A stretch of DNA of 64,000 nucleotides. It comes from the human T2T-CHM13v2.0 reference genome, Homo sapiens. Both the position numbers and the translations under genes were made by a program. The notes beneath the pieces are model-generated. The model had not been told where the DNA came from and searched no databases. It saw only the letters and a list, made by a program, of their open reading frames with translations. Positions 25,863 to 39,822 of the stretch are shown piece after piece. Within the stretch, counting starts at the first letter, position 1. The number at the start of each line of letters is the position of its first letter. The DNA is taken from NCBI RefSeq assembly GCF_009914755.1, contig NC_060925.1; one strand, 5' to 3'.

Positions 25863-27086
25863 TAAAGATGTTTAATTTTTCCTGTGAGGTTTATACAAAC
25901 GTATATCTACAAAAAATATTTCCCACATACTTCCAAACCTAACAGCCAGTCAGCTACTTGACTCTGCATGGAAAACAAATCTTGCTCTCTTAATTCATTT
26001 TCCAAATTATTTTATGAGGTTGTATAATAAAAGTCCTTAGCTAATAATATCTTTATATTGTGTTTTACATTTTCAAAGTGTTTCCATATATATTAACAAA
26101 TTCAAGCGTTACAAAAATCCTAGTAGGTAAACTGGGAAGTATTAAACCTATTACACTGAAAATGCACCCAAGGCACAGAGAAAGTTAAGTGATTAGCTAA
26201 GATTGCTTGGCTAATCCATTCAAACAAAATACAAAAACAAAACTAAATCTAGTACCCAGATCACTTTCCACTGAGAAGTTTGTATATATTAAGAGTTTTT
26301 CATAGTAACTAAATTTTTATGACCTCAGTCACACATGCTACCTCCTCTCCCCTTCCAAGAACCTGATAGCAAATCGCTCAGCTTGTCTGCAGCCAGTGTA
26401 GTTACTGGATAAAATGATTAGTGATTAGCGATAGGTATCAGTTTATATGAGTCACTGACTAAAGGGGACTACTATGAACTCAGAGTCTCAATCTGTCAAC
26501 TCCCAGGATACAATTCAAATTCTATAATCTGGCTAACTTACTACTTGTTACTAATGGCTTAGAATTTTTTGAAATGATTTTATATTTTAAGGAGCATTTT
26601 AAAGTTCTCTTGTATATCTTGAAACATAATATCTCAGTAGACAGCAGGTAAGTAATTGCCCTTCAGTATCATCTCCTCTTGCCTTCAATGCTTGCTGCTC
26701 AGAAAGAGCACCATTATCTTATAACCTGATAAGAGGGCATTTCCAGAAAGAAATCAAGAGGCAGGAAGCCTGATTTTCAACAGTTGAGTGGACCCACTGC
26801 ACTAAAACCGACGGAATTTGCCCTTGACCCATGCCTATGGTAGAAAGTGAATCCAGCCTGTAGCCTGTTAAGTGCATCAGAGGCCCAAGTGCCTGGGAGG
26901 TAGCCAGCAGGTGGGCAGTGGATGAGGGGGCTTCAGGGCCTTCTCCAGAAAGCTTTCTCATCATAAATTCACTTCCTCCCTTTACTTTAAATTACTCTGG
27001 CCTTCTCATATATAGTAACCACAAAATGCTCATACTAAAGTGGAAAATGGGAGAATAAAAATCAGGCAACAAAACTATATACACAA

Positions 27087-27421
27087 GGCTGAGTGTGGTG
27101 GCTCAAGCCCGTAGTTCCAGTGCTTTGGGAGGCCAAGGTGGGAGGATCGCTGAGGCCAGGAGTTTGAGACCAGCCTGGGCAACATAGCGAGACTCTGTCC
27201 CTACAAACAAATTTTAAAAATTAGCCAAGCGTGGTGGTGTGCACTTGTAATCCTAGCTACTTGGGAGGCCAAGGAGGAAGGATCACTTGAGCCTGGGGAT
27301 TCTAAGTTTTTTTGCTTGAACCCAGGAGTTCTAAGTTTTAGTAAGCTATCATTGCCCTGCTGCACTCTAGCCTGGGTGACAGAACAAGACCCTGTCTCTG
27401 AAAAAAAAGAAGAAGGAAAAG
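27087..27421 (+). mobile_element. AluJ with a small internal duplication
   Basis: Alu dimer; TSD aaaactatatacaca at 27071-27085 and 27422-27436. Confidence 0.95.
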
Positions 27422-27769
27422 AAAACTATATACACAGGCTTATTTATTTTCATAAGATAATTCACAAAATAGTGCTAAAGGAAAAGGCATGTGATATCTT
27501 TGATGTAATTTTGTCTTTATAGATGCAAATATTAATGATGTATACATACAGACCTAGATCTATACATGTACTCACAAAGAAAGATGCTGGAAGGCAAACC
27601 AGTAAAATTTACCATTATTTCTTTCTTAGGATTAGATGAATGGTATTTTTTAAGTTTTCTGTACTGAACATGGGTTATTTTTGATACTAGGAAAAAATGT
27701 TACTTGCAACAATAAATATAATTTTAAAATCTACCATATCAATGAGTATATGTCTTTTTAAAAAGACCA

Positions 27770-27890
27770 GAATTAGTTGTACAACAATGTGAATATACTT
27801 CACACTGCTGAATTGTACACTTAAATATGGTTAAGATGGTAAATTTTATATGATGCCTATTTTACCACAATTAATTTTTTTTAAAAAAAG
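27770..27890 (+). mobile_element. L1MB/MC 3' end fragment
   Basis: acaatgtgaatatactt...gaattgtacacttaaatatggttaagatggtaaattttat. Confidence 0.8.
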
Positions 27891-29835
27891 ATAAAGAGAT
27901 TATGGTAAAGCACTCTTCCATGAATAAAGTTACAACATTGTTTTAAAGCCCAGAAATAATTACTTTAAAATGTCAAGTGATTGCTTTTCTTTTTTTATTT
28001 TAAAATTTTGTTCTCCCTTATCATTATCCACAAATGGTTTCTTTTCTTTTTCCTGGGGGGTAGATTGCTGCTAGTAGTTATTTTCATCTTTATTTATTAG
28101 ATTTATTTATTTCTAAAATATTGTATAGGGTAATTATTACCCTTAAATTAAAAAAAATTCATTCCATGATTTCAAAAATACTAAATAAAAACAGTGACTG
28201 TGTTTGGTAATTTGTCCTTGTTGACATGTCGTTTTGTATTTATTTTTATGTTGTTTCATGTGCAGATTTTATTTTCTCAAGGGGACTGCAGATTCCTAGT
28301 GGATCTTCTAGTGGTTTTGTTGTCTTCAGAGAGTTTTATACACATTAAAATTTGCATGTTCATCCACGACACTCACATCCACCCAAATAAAAGAGAAAGA
28401 AGCCCGCTGTAACCAAATTTTGACTGCTACCATTGTATTTCTTCTGCAAATATAAATATCTGATCATAAGGCTGTGTGAAACATTTTAAGTTGGTCAAAA
28501 ACGAGACAGACATGTGAGTCACTCATTGTTGTCATTGTGCTCAGTATAGGTCTGAAAGCTCATCTATGTTAATTTTGACCAGAGTTCCCATCCTTTGTCT
28601 CTAGGCACAGGCAACACACTGAGCTGGCATCCTTGCTGTGGGATGAACAAAGCAATTTATCGTTATTGGCAAGTTGGCCAATTTCATCATTAATCGATCA
28701 TTCACTTTTTCCAGTGTGGTCCTGAGGCATTCCTCTAGGGAGCAGAGGAATTAAGCAGGATTTGCTCGGTCAGGCATGGCAGCAACAGACTGTGAAAGAA
28801 ATGTTCAAGGTATTTCGTCAATAACAGAAGGTCACTTGCCCTTGCAACAGTATGCATTTCAAACCAAAGGAAAATCAGGCCTAGGATTTTGGCTTCTCAG
28901 CGAGTTTTTATTATGAGCACCACCCCCTTCCTAGGCTGCAAATGCTTCTCCCAGAGGGATGCAGCGTAATTTTCACACTAGAGGAAAGCAGACCGCAGGA
29001 ACACTGTGTCCCGACTGCTTCACTGCTTTGCACTCGCTGCAGACTCAGTCCTCAACCACTGCTTCATGTGAGGGCAACGGGGTGGAAAGGAGACGACCTG
29101 GCATGCCCGGTGTGGAATGCCAAGGACCTCTGTAAGATGCACACAATAGCTCTTTGCTCCTTTTGTATTGCCACAGCCCCCTCTGAAGAGTATTGATAAG
29201 GGGCCAGAACAGACAAGAAGTCAAGGACTGTGAACTAACAGGACTTTGAACCCCAGTTGCTTTTAAATTGACAAATAAGTGAACCTTTTAGCCGAAGATG
29301 AGGAAGAAATGAGATTTTGATCCACTTTGAGTATCTAATGCCTCTCTTAGAAGAAGAAAAGGCCCTTCTGAATGGTAACATTCCCCAGTGAGAGCCTATC
29401 AGTCGTCATCGTTCCGGGCAAAAGGCCCCGTGGAGACAGACACCACATGGCCCCCTGATCATCATCACACACTGCAGCAGAGAAGGATATGTCTGGATCT
29501 CCTTGTGTATGTGGTCAGATCACTACTTAACTTTGCATCCTGTGTACTAATCAATCATAATGCATATTAAATATAAGTATGTTTTCTAGCCACTCTGATA
29601 TAGGGCTTACGACAAAAGAAAAAAAAAGAGTATTAATGCTCCTTTCAACTCCTTCCCCTAAAATAAACACAAAACAACAACAAAAATTGTAGTATCACTC
29701 TTTTTCACTTTTAATTCTTTATATCATCAACCCAAATTGATTGTCAGTATCTTAAGGATAGGAATCAAGTCTTCTACATAGTTTGCGTCACCCACAGTAC
29801 CTAATCCAGTGCTGTGTCCTTCAGGCTCAATGCAC

Positions 29836-29879
29836 GCTTACGAAGTCCATGGAAACTGCTTACGAAGTCCATGGAAACT
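29836..29879. repeat. Perfect 22-bp tandem duplication
   Basis: (gcttacgaagtccatggaaact)x2. Confidence 0.95.
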
Positions 29880-30599
29880 AGCAGGTGCATAGCATGTTCT
29901 GGTCTTCACAGTGCCCTTCCATCTGGGAACATCTCATTGCACTCGTACCACTGAATTGAGTAGGAAATTAATACCCCAAAGTGTTGACTTCTCCTGTATC
30001 TTAGAGAAAGTGTGACTGAGATGAAATCAGAACTCAGGTTCCACTTTTGCTCATATTTTATTGTGTCCTGACATTACGAGTTTCCCACTTTGAAAATACA
30101 AAAATGGTAGGAAGGTAGTGCTTGGAGACTGAAGTCAGAAATTATCTCCAGATAGGGCCGCAGTTGGTTCTGAAACTATTCAAGTCATCTTGTCAAAATT
30201 AAAATCTGGGGGGAAATGTGTGCATGTGTTTGAAATGACTTATCTGAATCATTGATTTTGAAGAGTTCAGACCTTCAGAATACGACATACATCAAGAACA
30301 TGACCTACATAGATCATTCTGGGATGCCCAGTGAAAAGTGGACTATTGAGAATCTTAGCAGACGTTTTGAGCACAGTGAAACAAGCGTGCCCAAAATGGG
30401 AGGATCTCATTTACATGTTACACCTGACTCAGTGTGGTTCTTGCATGAATTTCCCACATTAACTAATTTCATGGAAAGTTGACAAGTTTCCTCTTTACCA
30501 ATCCTGCTAGGAACATCTAAAGTACAAAACAAGCACTCTACCATAAAGAGATACTGATGAAAAGATTTCATCAGACATTTCATTAAAGCATAACTCTCA

Positions 30600-30897
30600 G
30601 CTAGGCCTGGTGGTGCACACCTGTAATCCAGCACTTTGGAAGGCCAAGGCAGCTAGATTGCTTGAACCCACAAGTTCAAGACCAGCCTGTGCAACATGTC
30701 AAAACTCTGTCTCTACAAAAAATATAAAAATTAGCCACAGGACATGGTGGTGGCCATGCCTGTGGTCCCAGCAACTCAGGAGGCTGAGGTAGGAGGATCA
30801 CTTGAACTGGGAGGTTGAGGCTGCAGTGAGCTGAGATTGTGCCACTGCACTCCAGCGTGAACAACAGAGTGAGACCCTGTCTCAAAAAAAAAAAAAA
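30600..30897 (+). mobile_element. AluJ
   Basis: Alu dimer with gaggttgaggctgcagtgagc and A tail. Confidence 0.93.
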
Positions 30898-30946
30898 TAG
30901 TGTTACCCTGTAATTTCTGGAGAGAATGATGTTTCACAAGGGAAAT

Positions 30947-31504
30947 GAGAAGTCTCTCTTCTTGACCAAACTCCAGCCCTCCAGAATAGATTTGCCCATG
31001 ATCTGAGCCCTCTTATTGACGAGGCTCAACCTTGGCTGATAAAGACTATGATCATGCACTAACACAGTTTCTGACAGCTCAAGGACATAACCCTGGGATG
31101 ACCCTAGTCCCCTTGAAAGTGCCAGCTTGAGAAAACTTAAGGCTGCTGAAAGAATTCACTGTTGGTTCCAGCTAACACATGAAGATAAAGTGCTGTCTTC
31201 CAGTTTCTGTGGGAAGGTGGGAGCTTAACTTCATTCAGCACAAGTTAGCAAAAAAACAGATGGGTTTTTCATGGACCAACCCTTCCTTCCCACTTTTTGT
31301 ATTTATCCATTTCCCTGATTGTACTAAGCCCTTGCTCACCCCTCTCCCTTTCCCTCATTCTACCTTTAAGACTCCCAATTGCCAATGTACAAATTGAAGT
31401 TCAGTTCAGTTCATGCTGTACTTTTTCCCTATCACGATAGTTATTACTGATTAAAATCTGTCCTTACCACTTTAACCAGTGCCCAGCTTTGCTTATCTTT
31501 GACA
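30947..31504 (+). mobile_element. ERV1 (MER4-group, MER67/MER31-like) solo LTR
   Basis: TG...ctctcttcttgaccaaact start, ATTAAA signal near 31450, tctttgaca end. Confidence 0.7.
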
Positions 31505-32411
31505 GGAGAGACCCTTCTGCCTTGCTTACTACCATATTTCCAGTATTTGTGCAATCTTTGTTCACTGTGTCTGCTTATTGAACAAATACATATAGTGACT
31601 GTTCACTGTGGAGAATTCATTGACAGCTCAGTCCACAAAACTCATTCACCTTGTCCACAACCACTGATGTTTTACCCCTTTCCCTAGTTGGCACATGGGG
31701 TTCACTACCTTGGAATTCCACTTCTCATCTTTCCCAGAATGTCACAGCAGGGACTGAGTTCTGCCCATGACCTGACCCACTGGACACATCTTGACTAGCC
31801 TAACAATTCCTTCCTCCCCTAGAACACATATTTTTCTGTGATGTCCATACAGTCCCAAGCATTGCCTCTGAATGAGTTTACAGGGAGAATAGATTTTACC
31901 AGCATTATAACTCACTCAAGGTTGTGGGTTCCAAATTTGCACTTGAGCTTCCCTCAGTTCAAGTTGCAATGAGTACTGGCAAAAATGTGACCTCCTACTT
32001 CAAGAATAAAGGCTCTCAGGCGTTCTTAACTATCAAGTTCCTCTTACAAAAGAAGATCCTGATGAGTCAAGCGTAAAAGAATCGGGGTCTGAAGGATTTC
32101 ATTTCTCCTGAAATATTTGATGCTTTTGTGGTAAAGGAGGCATTTATTTAGTAATATGCATGTGAGGTCTCACTCATCCCAAAATGTTTAAAAAAGAGAT
32201 GAAGCTATCTTTACAATTCCATAGTCTTGCTAGGTCCTGTATTCCTTTACCTCCTTGAATAGAGTCTTCAAAGTTGCACTAAAATATTCCCAGGCTCATT
32301 TTGTACCAACTAGAAACCAGTGCTGTCCTAGATAAGCTTAATTCAGGACATGGAAATGAAGCAGAGCTTAAGTTCAAATCTTACTGTTAAAATAAAACAA
32401 TAAGAAAAATA

Positions 32412-32733
<322 letters not shown>

Positions 32734-33177
32734 TCATCAGATGTGCTAGAATCCAGCACCCCTAAAACATGGGCCTTCTTAGAGCTTGGAATGTTTATAG
32801 TTTCTTTTTAATGTTATTTGTTGAAAAAGAGTTTGCCTATAGCTATAAATATTTCTTATGGCCAGCTCAGAAAGTTCCAGAGGCCCCTGGTTTTTCCAGC
32901 CAAATATGGGATTCTCTGGGTTCAGAACTATCATTTACCTTCACACTTTTACTGCCTGGAATGCTTCAGGGAAATGTTGTGAGGCACCATGAGTTCTCTG
33001 GGCTCTGGTGTATCACTTTAATTCCAACAAATAAGAAATACGTAATTATTAAAAGGGTATGCTTAGGATTGAGCTAGGGAATATAGAAAAGAAAGAAACA
33101 GTCTCTACCCAAAAGAAGTTTGTAACCTGAAATCAGGCATGAGACTTACATAGATGAAAGAATTTGTAAGCAAGACA

Positions 33178-33390
33178 GTAATAATAATAATAATAATAAT
33201 ATTGATAGCTAATCTTGATCACATATTTACTAATGAAGGGCATTGTTCTAAGAGCTGTACATGTATTATTTGACCACTGTCTTACAAGACAGATACTAGT
33301 ATCATCCCCAGTTACACAAGAGAACACTTAAATAAAATAGGTTGAAGACCTTGCCGAAGATCACCCACCTGAATAAACTCAGGATTCAAA
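33178..33390 (-). mobile_element. (TAA)n plus antisense MIR
   Basis: taataataa run followed by cattgttctaagagctgtacatgtatt...aggattcaaagcc. Confidence 0.65.
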
Positions 33391-33399
33391 GCCAAAACT

Positions 33400-33697
33400 G
33401 AGGTTGCTGGGTATGCCTGTAATCCCAACACTTTGGGAGGCTGAGGCAGGAGGTTCACTTGAGCTCAGGAGTTTGACATCAGCTTGGGCAACACAGTGAG
33501 ACTTTGTCTCTACGAAAATTCAAAAAAATTAGCCAGGCATGGGGGTACATGCCCAGAGCCCCAGCTACCTGGGGGGCTGAGGCAGGAGGATTGCTTGAGC
33601 CTGGGAAGTGGAGGCTTCAGTGAGCCCTGATTGTACCATTGCACCACAGCCTGGGCAACAGAGCAAGACCCTGTCTCAAAAAACAAAAACAAAAAGA
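33400..33697 (+). mobile_element. AluJ
   Basis: Alu dimer; probable TSD aaagccaa. Confidence 0.92.
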
Positions 33698-34496
33698 AAG
33701 CCAAGGTAGGCAGCTCCAGAGCTTAAATGCCAAATCTCTGCCCACCACTGCCTTCAAACACGCATGTACACAGGTAAAGGTTAATGCACGTGTGTGTATA
33801 GATATAGCTATGCAATTATTACAAACTGAAAATAGAGCATGCCAATTCAGTTTATAAAGAATCTTTAATATTTTCCATGCATTTCAACCTATATTTCATT
33901 CAAAAATATTTACTAGACATTTGCTAAATGCAAGTTTTAAGAAATTAAGGCATTAACTCTGTCTACAAGGGAATAAGACAAAGCTAAACATTTTCTCATA
34001 GGGCAAGGAAGGGGAATAACAAACATTGCTGGAGACATAAAAAAGTCTTCATAAAATATAAATTAATTGAGCTAAGACAGAATTGCACGTAAAATTTGGG
34101 AGAGTAGGGTGGCATTGTTTGTGTATGTTTACCTACAATCTGCAGGAAACTATTTTCAAAGCACAATTTTGTTATTATTTGCTTGCATCTTATTTTTCTA
34201 TATGCCATTGCAATTGCTTACTACAACTGATCCAGATCTCATTCACCAAAATGGGAAGTTAGTTGGACAGGACAAAACAGGAAGAAGAAACATCATCTAA
34301 AACCAATGCTGAACCACTTTAGAGAACTCCAAGAATGCCAGCAACAGACAAATTCAGGGCAGCAACTTCCCTGAAGAAAGCATCAGGTTTATAACTATTT
34401 AAAAACATTGCAGAGTGTCTCCTTTCAATTTCTCCATTCCTTCTTCCTGGTCTTTTCATCTTCCGTATACTCTGCAATACAAATGTTCCTTTTACA

Positions 34497-34773
34497 TTGG
34501 GAGGCCATAGCAGAGGATCACTTGAGCCCAGGAGTTGGAGATCAGCCTGAGCAACATAGCGAGACCCCGTCTCTAAAACAAAAATTAAATAAAATAAAAA
34601 AAATTAGCCAGCATGGTGGTGCGTGCCCGTAGTCCCAGCTACTCAGGAGGCTGAGGCAGGAAGTTCACTTAAACCCAGGAGACTGAGGTTACAGTGAGCC
34701 ATGATGGAGCCACTGTACTCCAGCATGAGTGACAAAGTGAGAGCCTGTCTCTAAAAGATAAATAAATAAAATA
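34497..34773 (+). mobile_element. AluJ, 5'-truncated
   Basis: Starts at ttgggaggcc; TSD aaatgttcc(t/c)tttaca at 34481-34496 and 34774-34789. Confidence 0.93.
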
Positions 34774-34787
34774 AAATGTTCCCTTTA

Positions 34788-35005
34788 CAGTAGTCCCTCT
34801 CTTATCTGCAGTGACCCACAGTCAAGTGCAGCTCAAAAATATTAAATAAAAAATTCCAGAATTAACAACTTATGTTTTAAATTGTGTTCTGTTCTGAGTA
34901 CTATGACAAAATCTCACACCTTTCCACTCTGTTCCACCCAAGATGTGAATCCTCCCTTCGTCCATCATATCCATGCTACACGCCAACTAGTCACTTAGTA
35001 GCTGC
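34788..35005 (+). mobile_element. MER44-like TcMar-Tigger element, partial
   Basis: TA then CAGTAGTCCCTCTCTTATC terminus; aaaattccaga, gatgtgaatc, tagtcacttagtagc. Confidence 0.75.
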
Positions 35006-36173
35006 TTCCATTCCTCCAGAGGCACAGCTTCTCCACCCCACCACCCAGTCACCTTACTTCTAGCCATGATTTCTCCATCTTTCTACATGCCCCGACCTTC
35101 AGTACTAAATTTTGCTTCCACCATTATGTGTCTCTCTTCTCTCTTACCCAGATCATGTAAGTGGAAAGCCCCTTCCTTCTTTGATGGGGCCCAGGTCAAT
35201 TTGTGTAATAGAAGGGCATAGCTAATAGAAACATAATAAAAGCAGAAAGGGTCACTGAAAGTGTTCTTTCACTAAGCAGATATGTCCCCAAAACATGCAC
35301 AGGGAGAATAAGTAAGTGTGTGAGTCCAGAAGAGGAAATGAAACAAATATGGAGAATGCAGGACATCAAAGGAAAGCTCACTATTACGACGAGGAGGAAA
35401 GGGTTGTGCATTAATGACCTAAACATCAGAAAAAGGAAGATTCATTAGGCATTCCTCTCAAATCAGAATTGTATAGATACCTCTGGACACCTGATGCATA
35501 ACAAGGACATCTGCATTTCAACAATGGGTGATTAAATGTACCTGGCTTATCCCACACTGCTTTAGCACATGAAGATCCCATTAGAATTAACATTTATTGA
35601 GCTGTGCCAGGTACTCTGCGAGGGCCTGGATTACTGGGAAAGGTAAATATACGATAACCAGTGGGGGCAAAACCATGTTTTGCATATATTCTGATTTTCT
35701 GGTATCATCTATAAGAAACTACTTTAAAAAACAGAGGACAATCTCTGAGAAAGTACCTTATTCAGCAACAAGTTTTGAAGAAGCTTTGCCCACCCTCATC
35801 TTAAGAAGGAGAAATGGAGGTAGTAAGCATGGATAGTCATGTACCTACCCTAAATAATAATGAACAGAAAGTGAGAAAAGTAATTTTCACAGGTAAGAAA
35901 ACAATTAGCAACTTTTATCTGAATAACGCTGGTAACTGTCATGAAAAGTGATTGAAATCACTCACAGGTGAAAATAAGATAAGGGTCTTCCTCCAAAGTA
36001 TGTAAGAAAAGCAAAGCTTTTTTATCTTTGCTCTGACTGTAATGTTATATTCCACTTGTGCAAAGTAATGCTAAAATTAATTATGAAACTGATTACTTAC
36101 TAAAGAATTATATTTTTGTAGAGCAAGTACGAGCAAGTGTATTAACTTGTGTGTTGAATTCTGGTTCTCTACA

Positions 36174-36417
36174 CAGGTTGAGTATCCCTAATCTGAAAAT
36201 TCAAAATCTGAAATGCTCCAAACCAGAAAATCAGAAACTTTTTGAGCACCATCATGATGCTCAAAAGCAATGTTCACTGGGGCATTTTGGATTTTGGATC
36301 TCCAGATCAGGAATGCTCAGTTGGTTAGTATAGAATATAAATATTCCAAATCTGAAAAAATTCAAAATTCAAAACACTTCTGGTCCAAAGCATTTTGGAT
36401 AAGGGATACTCCACCTG
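36174..36417. mobile_element. Tigger4a-like (MER46) MITE
   Basis: TIRs CAGGTTGAGTATCCCT / AGGGATACTCCACCTG with TA at the right end. Confidence 0.88.
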
Positions 36418-36619
36418 TATTATACATGTTGAATGGAAGTTTAGGACCTAAGCAATAGTAACAATTCAAGAGATAACCACAAGCACCCGAAAGAGAAGAC
36501 AACCACAGCCAATAAGCTAAGTCATTTCCTTAGGGCTAATTTTTTGAACTCCAGCTATTTTGTTGACAGAACTATTCACTGATTTGTTCAATTAATACAC
36601 TATCTTATTATTTCATTTT

Positions 36620-36828
36620 GGGAGGCAACAGCATTTCAAAACAGCCTGAGTTTTGAAGCAGACAGACTGGACTCTAATCAGCAACCTGCTATTTTCATGC
36701 CCAGTGACTGTGAGGCATTCTTATAATCTCACTAAGCTAGATTTCCCTATCTGCAAAATCAAGGGCAATAAGACCTACCTTATAGGATTCATCTCAAGCT
36801 AATATTGGATAAATAGGTAAGACATAGC
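36620..36828 (+). mobile_element. MIR, with the L1 inserted near its 3' end
   Basis: atttccctatctgcaaaatc...ctaccttatagga. Confidence 0.6.
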
Positions 36829-37790
36829 AATGGGCAAGGAACATGAATACACATGTCTCAAAAGAAGACATACAAATTGCCAATGGATTTATGAAAACAA
36901 TGCTCATCATCACTAATCATTAAGGAAATGAAAATGAAATTCACAATGAGATAGTACCGCACACCTGTGTGAATGGCTACCATCTAAATAAAAGATAACT
37001 AGTATTGGCGAGGATGTGGAGAAATGGGAACCCTTGTACACAGTTGGTGGGAATGTTAATTAGTATAGCCATTATGGAAAACTGTATGGAGGTTCCTCAA
37101 AAAACTGAAAATAGAATTACCATATGATCCAGCAATTCTACTTCTGAGTATTTACCAAAAAGATTTGAAATCAGCACGTCAAAGAGATGTCTGCACTCCC
37201 ATGGTCATTGGAGCACTATTCACAATAGCCAAGTTATGGAATCAACCTGTGTATTCATCAGCTGATGAATGAATAAAGAAAATATGCTACATATACACAG
37301 GGAATACTATTTAGCATTAAAAAAATAAAGAAATTCTGTCATTTGCCATAACAAAAAGCAAAGTAAGCCAGACATGGAAAGACAAATACTGCATGTTCTG
37401 ATTTATATATGGAATCTAAAACAACTGGACTCATAGAAGCAGAGAGTATAATGGTCGTTACCAAAGGGTAGGGAATGGAAGAAATGAGATGATAGTCAAA
37501 GGATACAAAGCCTTGGTAAGACAGGAAGAATAAGGTTTTTTAGGTCTATTGCCAATATACATTATTATTAAGTATATTAATTAATTATGTATTATACAGT
37601 TCAAAATCTCTAAGAGAATAAATTTCAAATGTTCTCACAAAAAAATGATAAACATTTGAAGTGATGGATATGTTCATTGGCTTGATTTCATTATTCCCCA
37701 TTGTATTCACAGACCATAACACCGCTTTGTACCCCATAAATAATACAACTATAATTTGTCAATTTACAATAACATTTTTAAAATAGATAG
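36829..37790 (+). mobile_element. L1MA 3' region (end of ORF2 plus 3'UTR)
   Basis: aaaagaagacatacaaattgcc, tggcgaggatgtggagaaa, taccatatgatccagcaattc, gcactattcacaatagccaag. Confidence 0.93.
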
Positions 37791-38026
37791 ATATATAAAG
37801 CATAGCACTTAACCTAGGGTAAGCAAGTTAACATTAATTAACTTTTTCTTTCGAAGTTTTGTATTCTAAACCTGATAAAGTCAAAATTCCATAAGAGGGC
37901 ATTCACAATTCTTCCAAATGCAACCCTGACCTACTGGCCTGGATAATGCTTTGCAATATTAGCCAATGTTTTCCCTGCATCATTTTCTTTAATACTTTGG
38001 ACCTTTCCTTAACAATTCAGCTAGAC

Positions 38027-38212
38027 TAGCAGTTCTTGAACCTGACTATAGTTAGAACCTACTGGGGAGGAGCTTTCAGAACAATACCAATATCTGTGCC
38101 CCACCTCAGACCAATCAAATCAGAGCCTCAGCCAGTAGACTTCTGCATCTGTATTCAATGTTATGGCTCAGAGTGATAGTAACATGCATCTGTGGCGGAG
38201 GACTCTGAGCTA
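38027..38212. mobile_element. MER5A-like hAT-Charlie MITE
   Basis: gcagttcttgaacctg...ccccacctcagaccaatcaaatcagag. Confidence 0.6.
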
Positions 38213-39295
38213 GACCTTTCTAGATCGCCCAGGAAAGAAATTACAAGGTAGGAATCAGGACAAAAGGGGTCTGTTGTCAGCTTTTGAGTGTCAAAAGCCT
38301 AGCTTTCAAAAGAAATGAACAGAACACAGGACCTAAACAAAAATTTTGTAAAATGCACAATGGATAAGAGCAAAGATTCTCCATCATGACCACCACCATT
38401 TCTACATCCTAAATCCACACCCTGAAAATGACAAAAGCTAACCCTGGTTGGGAAGAGAGTCGAAAAGGAGGTAAGGACAGCGCTTGGAAGCTTGTCGCCT
38501 CTGAGAAATGGAGGGCTTGTACTCTGTCTTCCTGGGGTGGAGGGGAGAAGGGAGACAAAATCCTTCTTGATAAGTCTGTGGATCCAAAATCAGAAGGCCT
38601 TGTGCCTTACTTCCCAAATAGAGCCCCAAATAGGCAACTGGAGCTCAGAGAAGTGAATGCAGTGTGATTAAGCAAAGCAGATCTTAGTGTCAGAGAGCCT
38701 CAGAGCCTGAGGCTGCCTCCTGGGACCCTGGGAGCAGCTCGGCAGCCTTCCCAGAATGACCTAGCAGCAGCCATCAAGAGCTGACGACCAAGAGTCAGGC
38801 AGGATAGCAGTCACCTGACCATTCTCCACTCCCATTGATATCTATTTAAAGCCTTGGAACCCAGGGAAAACTTAGGAAAAGAAGAGAGGATTCCAGAATA
38901 GATGGAGATTAAGTTTTCTTCACGCGGCAGGATGAGAGCTTTAAAAAATAGGTTGATCAATAGAAGAATAAGTGAAGGTACATGCCCCTTGCACCTGAGC
39001 ACGTGGACTTAGATTTCCACTGCCCTCATTACTCTTCCATGTTTATGAGTTTTAGGGCCACATAACTTGTCTTTAGAATGCCCTCTCCCACCCTTTCAGG
39101 CAAAGCCCCCCATGTTTTCTCCCTGATACCCTCTCTGACTTTCCTTGGAAAAACTCATTATCCCTCCTCCACATGCCCCTTAGAGAACTGCCCTAGTCCT
39201 CCAGACAGCTATAAATGAAGCTTACATAAATGGCTAGGAAGAGGAGCATGAGTGTATAAATGCCTACATATACATAAGTTTGCATGTATGGCCGC

Positions 39296-39659
39296 TGTAT
39301 TAGTCCATTTTCATACTGCTATGAAGAAATACTCGAGACCGGGTAATTTATAAAGAAAAAGAGGTTTCATGGACTCACCATTCCACACGGCTGGGGAGGC
39401 CTCACAATCATGGCCGAAGGCAAAGGAGGAACAAAATCACATCTTACATGGCAGCAGGCAAGATTGTGTGTGTAGGGGAACTGCCTTTTATAAAACCATC
39501 TGGTCTCGTGAGACTTATTCACTATCACGAGAACAGCACAGGAAAAACCCAGCCCCATGATTCAATTACTTCCCACCAGGTCCCTCCCACAACACGTGGG
39601 GATAATGAGAGCTATAATTCAAGATGAGATTTCGGTGGGGCCACAGCCAAGCGATATCA
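39296..39659 (-). mobile_element. THE1 (B/C-like) MaLR solo LTR
   Basis: tgtattagtccattttcatactgct...gggccacagccaagcgatatca; 5-bp TSD gccgc/gccat. Confidence 0.92.
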
Positions 39660-39699
39660 GCCATCAAAACGCTTAGCACATCATGTGATAGTCAGGAGT

Positions 39700-39822
39700 T
39701 CGTCTGTCTCCTCCACTAGATTGTGAGCCCCTTGAAGGCCAGGACCATGTCACACTGATCTTTGTATTCTGACACCTTGCACATAGGAAGTATTCAATTG
39801 TTTGCTAAATGAATGAATGAAA
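39700..39822 (+). mobile_element. L2 3' end
   Basis: ccactagattgtgagccccttgaagg...ttgctaaatgaatgaatga. Confidence 0.8.

Noticed and set aside
26592-26653. Perfect donor CAG|GTAAGT with a possible 56-nt exon; the same 9-mer also occurs at 56448-56456
   Set aside because: One or two such 9-mers are plausible by chance in 64 kb; the acceptor is weak and there is no reading-frame support
28664-28681. NFI-like palindrome TTGGC...GCCAA
   Set aside because: Spacer is 6 nt rather than the canonical 5
24551-29879. Two 22-bp direct repeats as a CRISPR-like or shared system
   Set aside because: Unrelated sequences, two adjacent copies each, no spacers, eukaryotic context; equal length is likely coincidence
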